From NCBI RefSeq assembly GCF_037042905.1, contig NC_087252.1, positions 10,542,001-10,606,000 on the forward strand: DNA of 64,000 nucleotides, in the 5' to 3' direction. The number at the start of each line of letters is the position of its first letter. The stretch's first letter is position 1. The notes under the pieces are model-generated. The model did not search any database, was not told the origin of the DNA, and saw nothing but the letters and a program-made list of their open reading frames with translations. A program made the position numbers and the translations under genes. Positions 62,660 through 64,000 of this stretch are shown one piece after another. The DNA comes from Lytechinus pictus (taxonomy: Eukaryota).

Positions 62660-64000
62660 CCTCGTCATGTATGTGAACGGGGTACGGCATGAATGACGTA
62701 ATGCATAATGGGAGCAATCGGCTGGTTGGGATCGGAAAGAGAATCAGTGACTGGGAATAGAACCTTGTGAATATATGTGACATGTGCTGGTGCATGCAAC
62801 TCATTCTGTGGCAAGGTAGATATTTGTTGTCAATTATCGAACTTGTTACATGTGTAGAGCATGTCATTTTTGTTCACCATGTTATTTTTATTGAATGGAT
62901 TGTTTTAAACAAACAATAGCAGCGAAAAGGTTGAATTTCATTCAGTTTAAACAGGAACATACATGAACATACAACGGGAAATTATCCGCCCTGCCAAACA
63001 AAAAATAATGTAGCAATTTTTCTTTTGTCTCCAGCTTTGTCATTTTCACAGTGAGTGTTTTTTTTTATTGGTTATGAAGTTCATCAAGTTTTATCATGTC
63101 AATCATTTTTGGCAAAGAAAAATTGTAAATTCCCAAACCCCAAATATCAAATGGAGATTTGATATTTAATTTGTCTTATCTGTCTCTACAAATTTATACA
63201 TAAAGTGCTGCTCTGGTTAATCATGTAAATAGCTTGTTGATTTGTTTGATTTATATTGTAATTTATATTTTGATCAATAAAGATTGAAAGAAAAAAAAAA
63301 GATTTGAATATATCAAATGTATATCATTCAACTCTCTCAGCTTGGGAGCTGGGAGCCTGTTGTTCTTAACAAATGTATTAATCATTCTAGTCTTTCATTA
63401 ATTTTTCCATTCATAGAAAGGACCTCCACCTTCCCACTGCTATTTTCTTCTTGTTTAATCAAACTATTAGTCATTTGTAACTTTGCAGTCCATTGAAAAC
63501 ATCCTCCCCTTTCCATTTCTCCTTTTCTCGTGTCTATTCATTCCATTCTTGTCAGTTGTTAATTTATTATTTTTTTTTTACTAAGGCCATCGCAATGCAT
63601 ATCGATAGTGCCCCAACGAAAAATCTCCTCTCATTATATCACAATCCATTTGCAATTCTCATCTCATCTGCATTGTAAATGGATGAAAGCTAATAAGTGT
63701 GAAGGACATTTATCTCTGAGGTGTGAATGCACCCTGAGGAGGCAGGTGCTGTCTTTGTGCCACACTTGTTTGATGCAATCAGCAAGGTGGGCACTTTCAC
63801 ACCAAGCAAGATATTATATTGATGCGGTACAGCAGCAGAACCTTTTAATCACGGGTGTTGAGCATTATCATTTTAGTCATTATGCCGAGCGACAATATTT
63901 TTTTTTGGGGGGTGGGTCAAATTGAAAAAAAAAAAACAAATAAAAAAATTACAAAATAAGGAAGTCATAGAATGGCAGAGCCATTGTATTTGGGCATAAA

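Overview
AT-rich, intron-rich eukaryotic DNA. The gene architecture and repeat types suggest a marine invertebrate, probably a sea urchin or other echinoderm (inference). Two spliced + strand genes can be reconstructed by hand. (1) The last three coding exons of a SEL1L3-like gene (1249-3617). (2) A complete SPA17/Sp17-like gene (ATG 13965): an RIIa dimerisation/docking domain, five IQ motifs (three preceded by PEP-19/neurogranin-type acidic segments) and long Ala/Glu/Pro-rich linkers. It has two possible C-termini: a 35-nt stop exon at 39811, or a 363-codon acidic exon at 43033-44124. Its 15.6-kb first intron holds two multi-layer nests of DNA transposons with readable TIRs and TSDs. One nest includes an internally deleted Kolobok element that keeps the 5' ends of a THAP-domain gene and a convergent KolX-like gene. 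TACATGTA octamers, likely Tc1-type excision footprints, are strongly enriched. After 44 kb there are MITEs, a long-TIR foldback element and candidate 5' exons of an unidentified gene. Nearly all other listed ORFs are spurious. All coordinates and family assignments were made by eye, without database searches.
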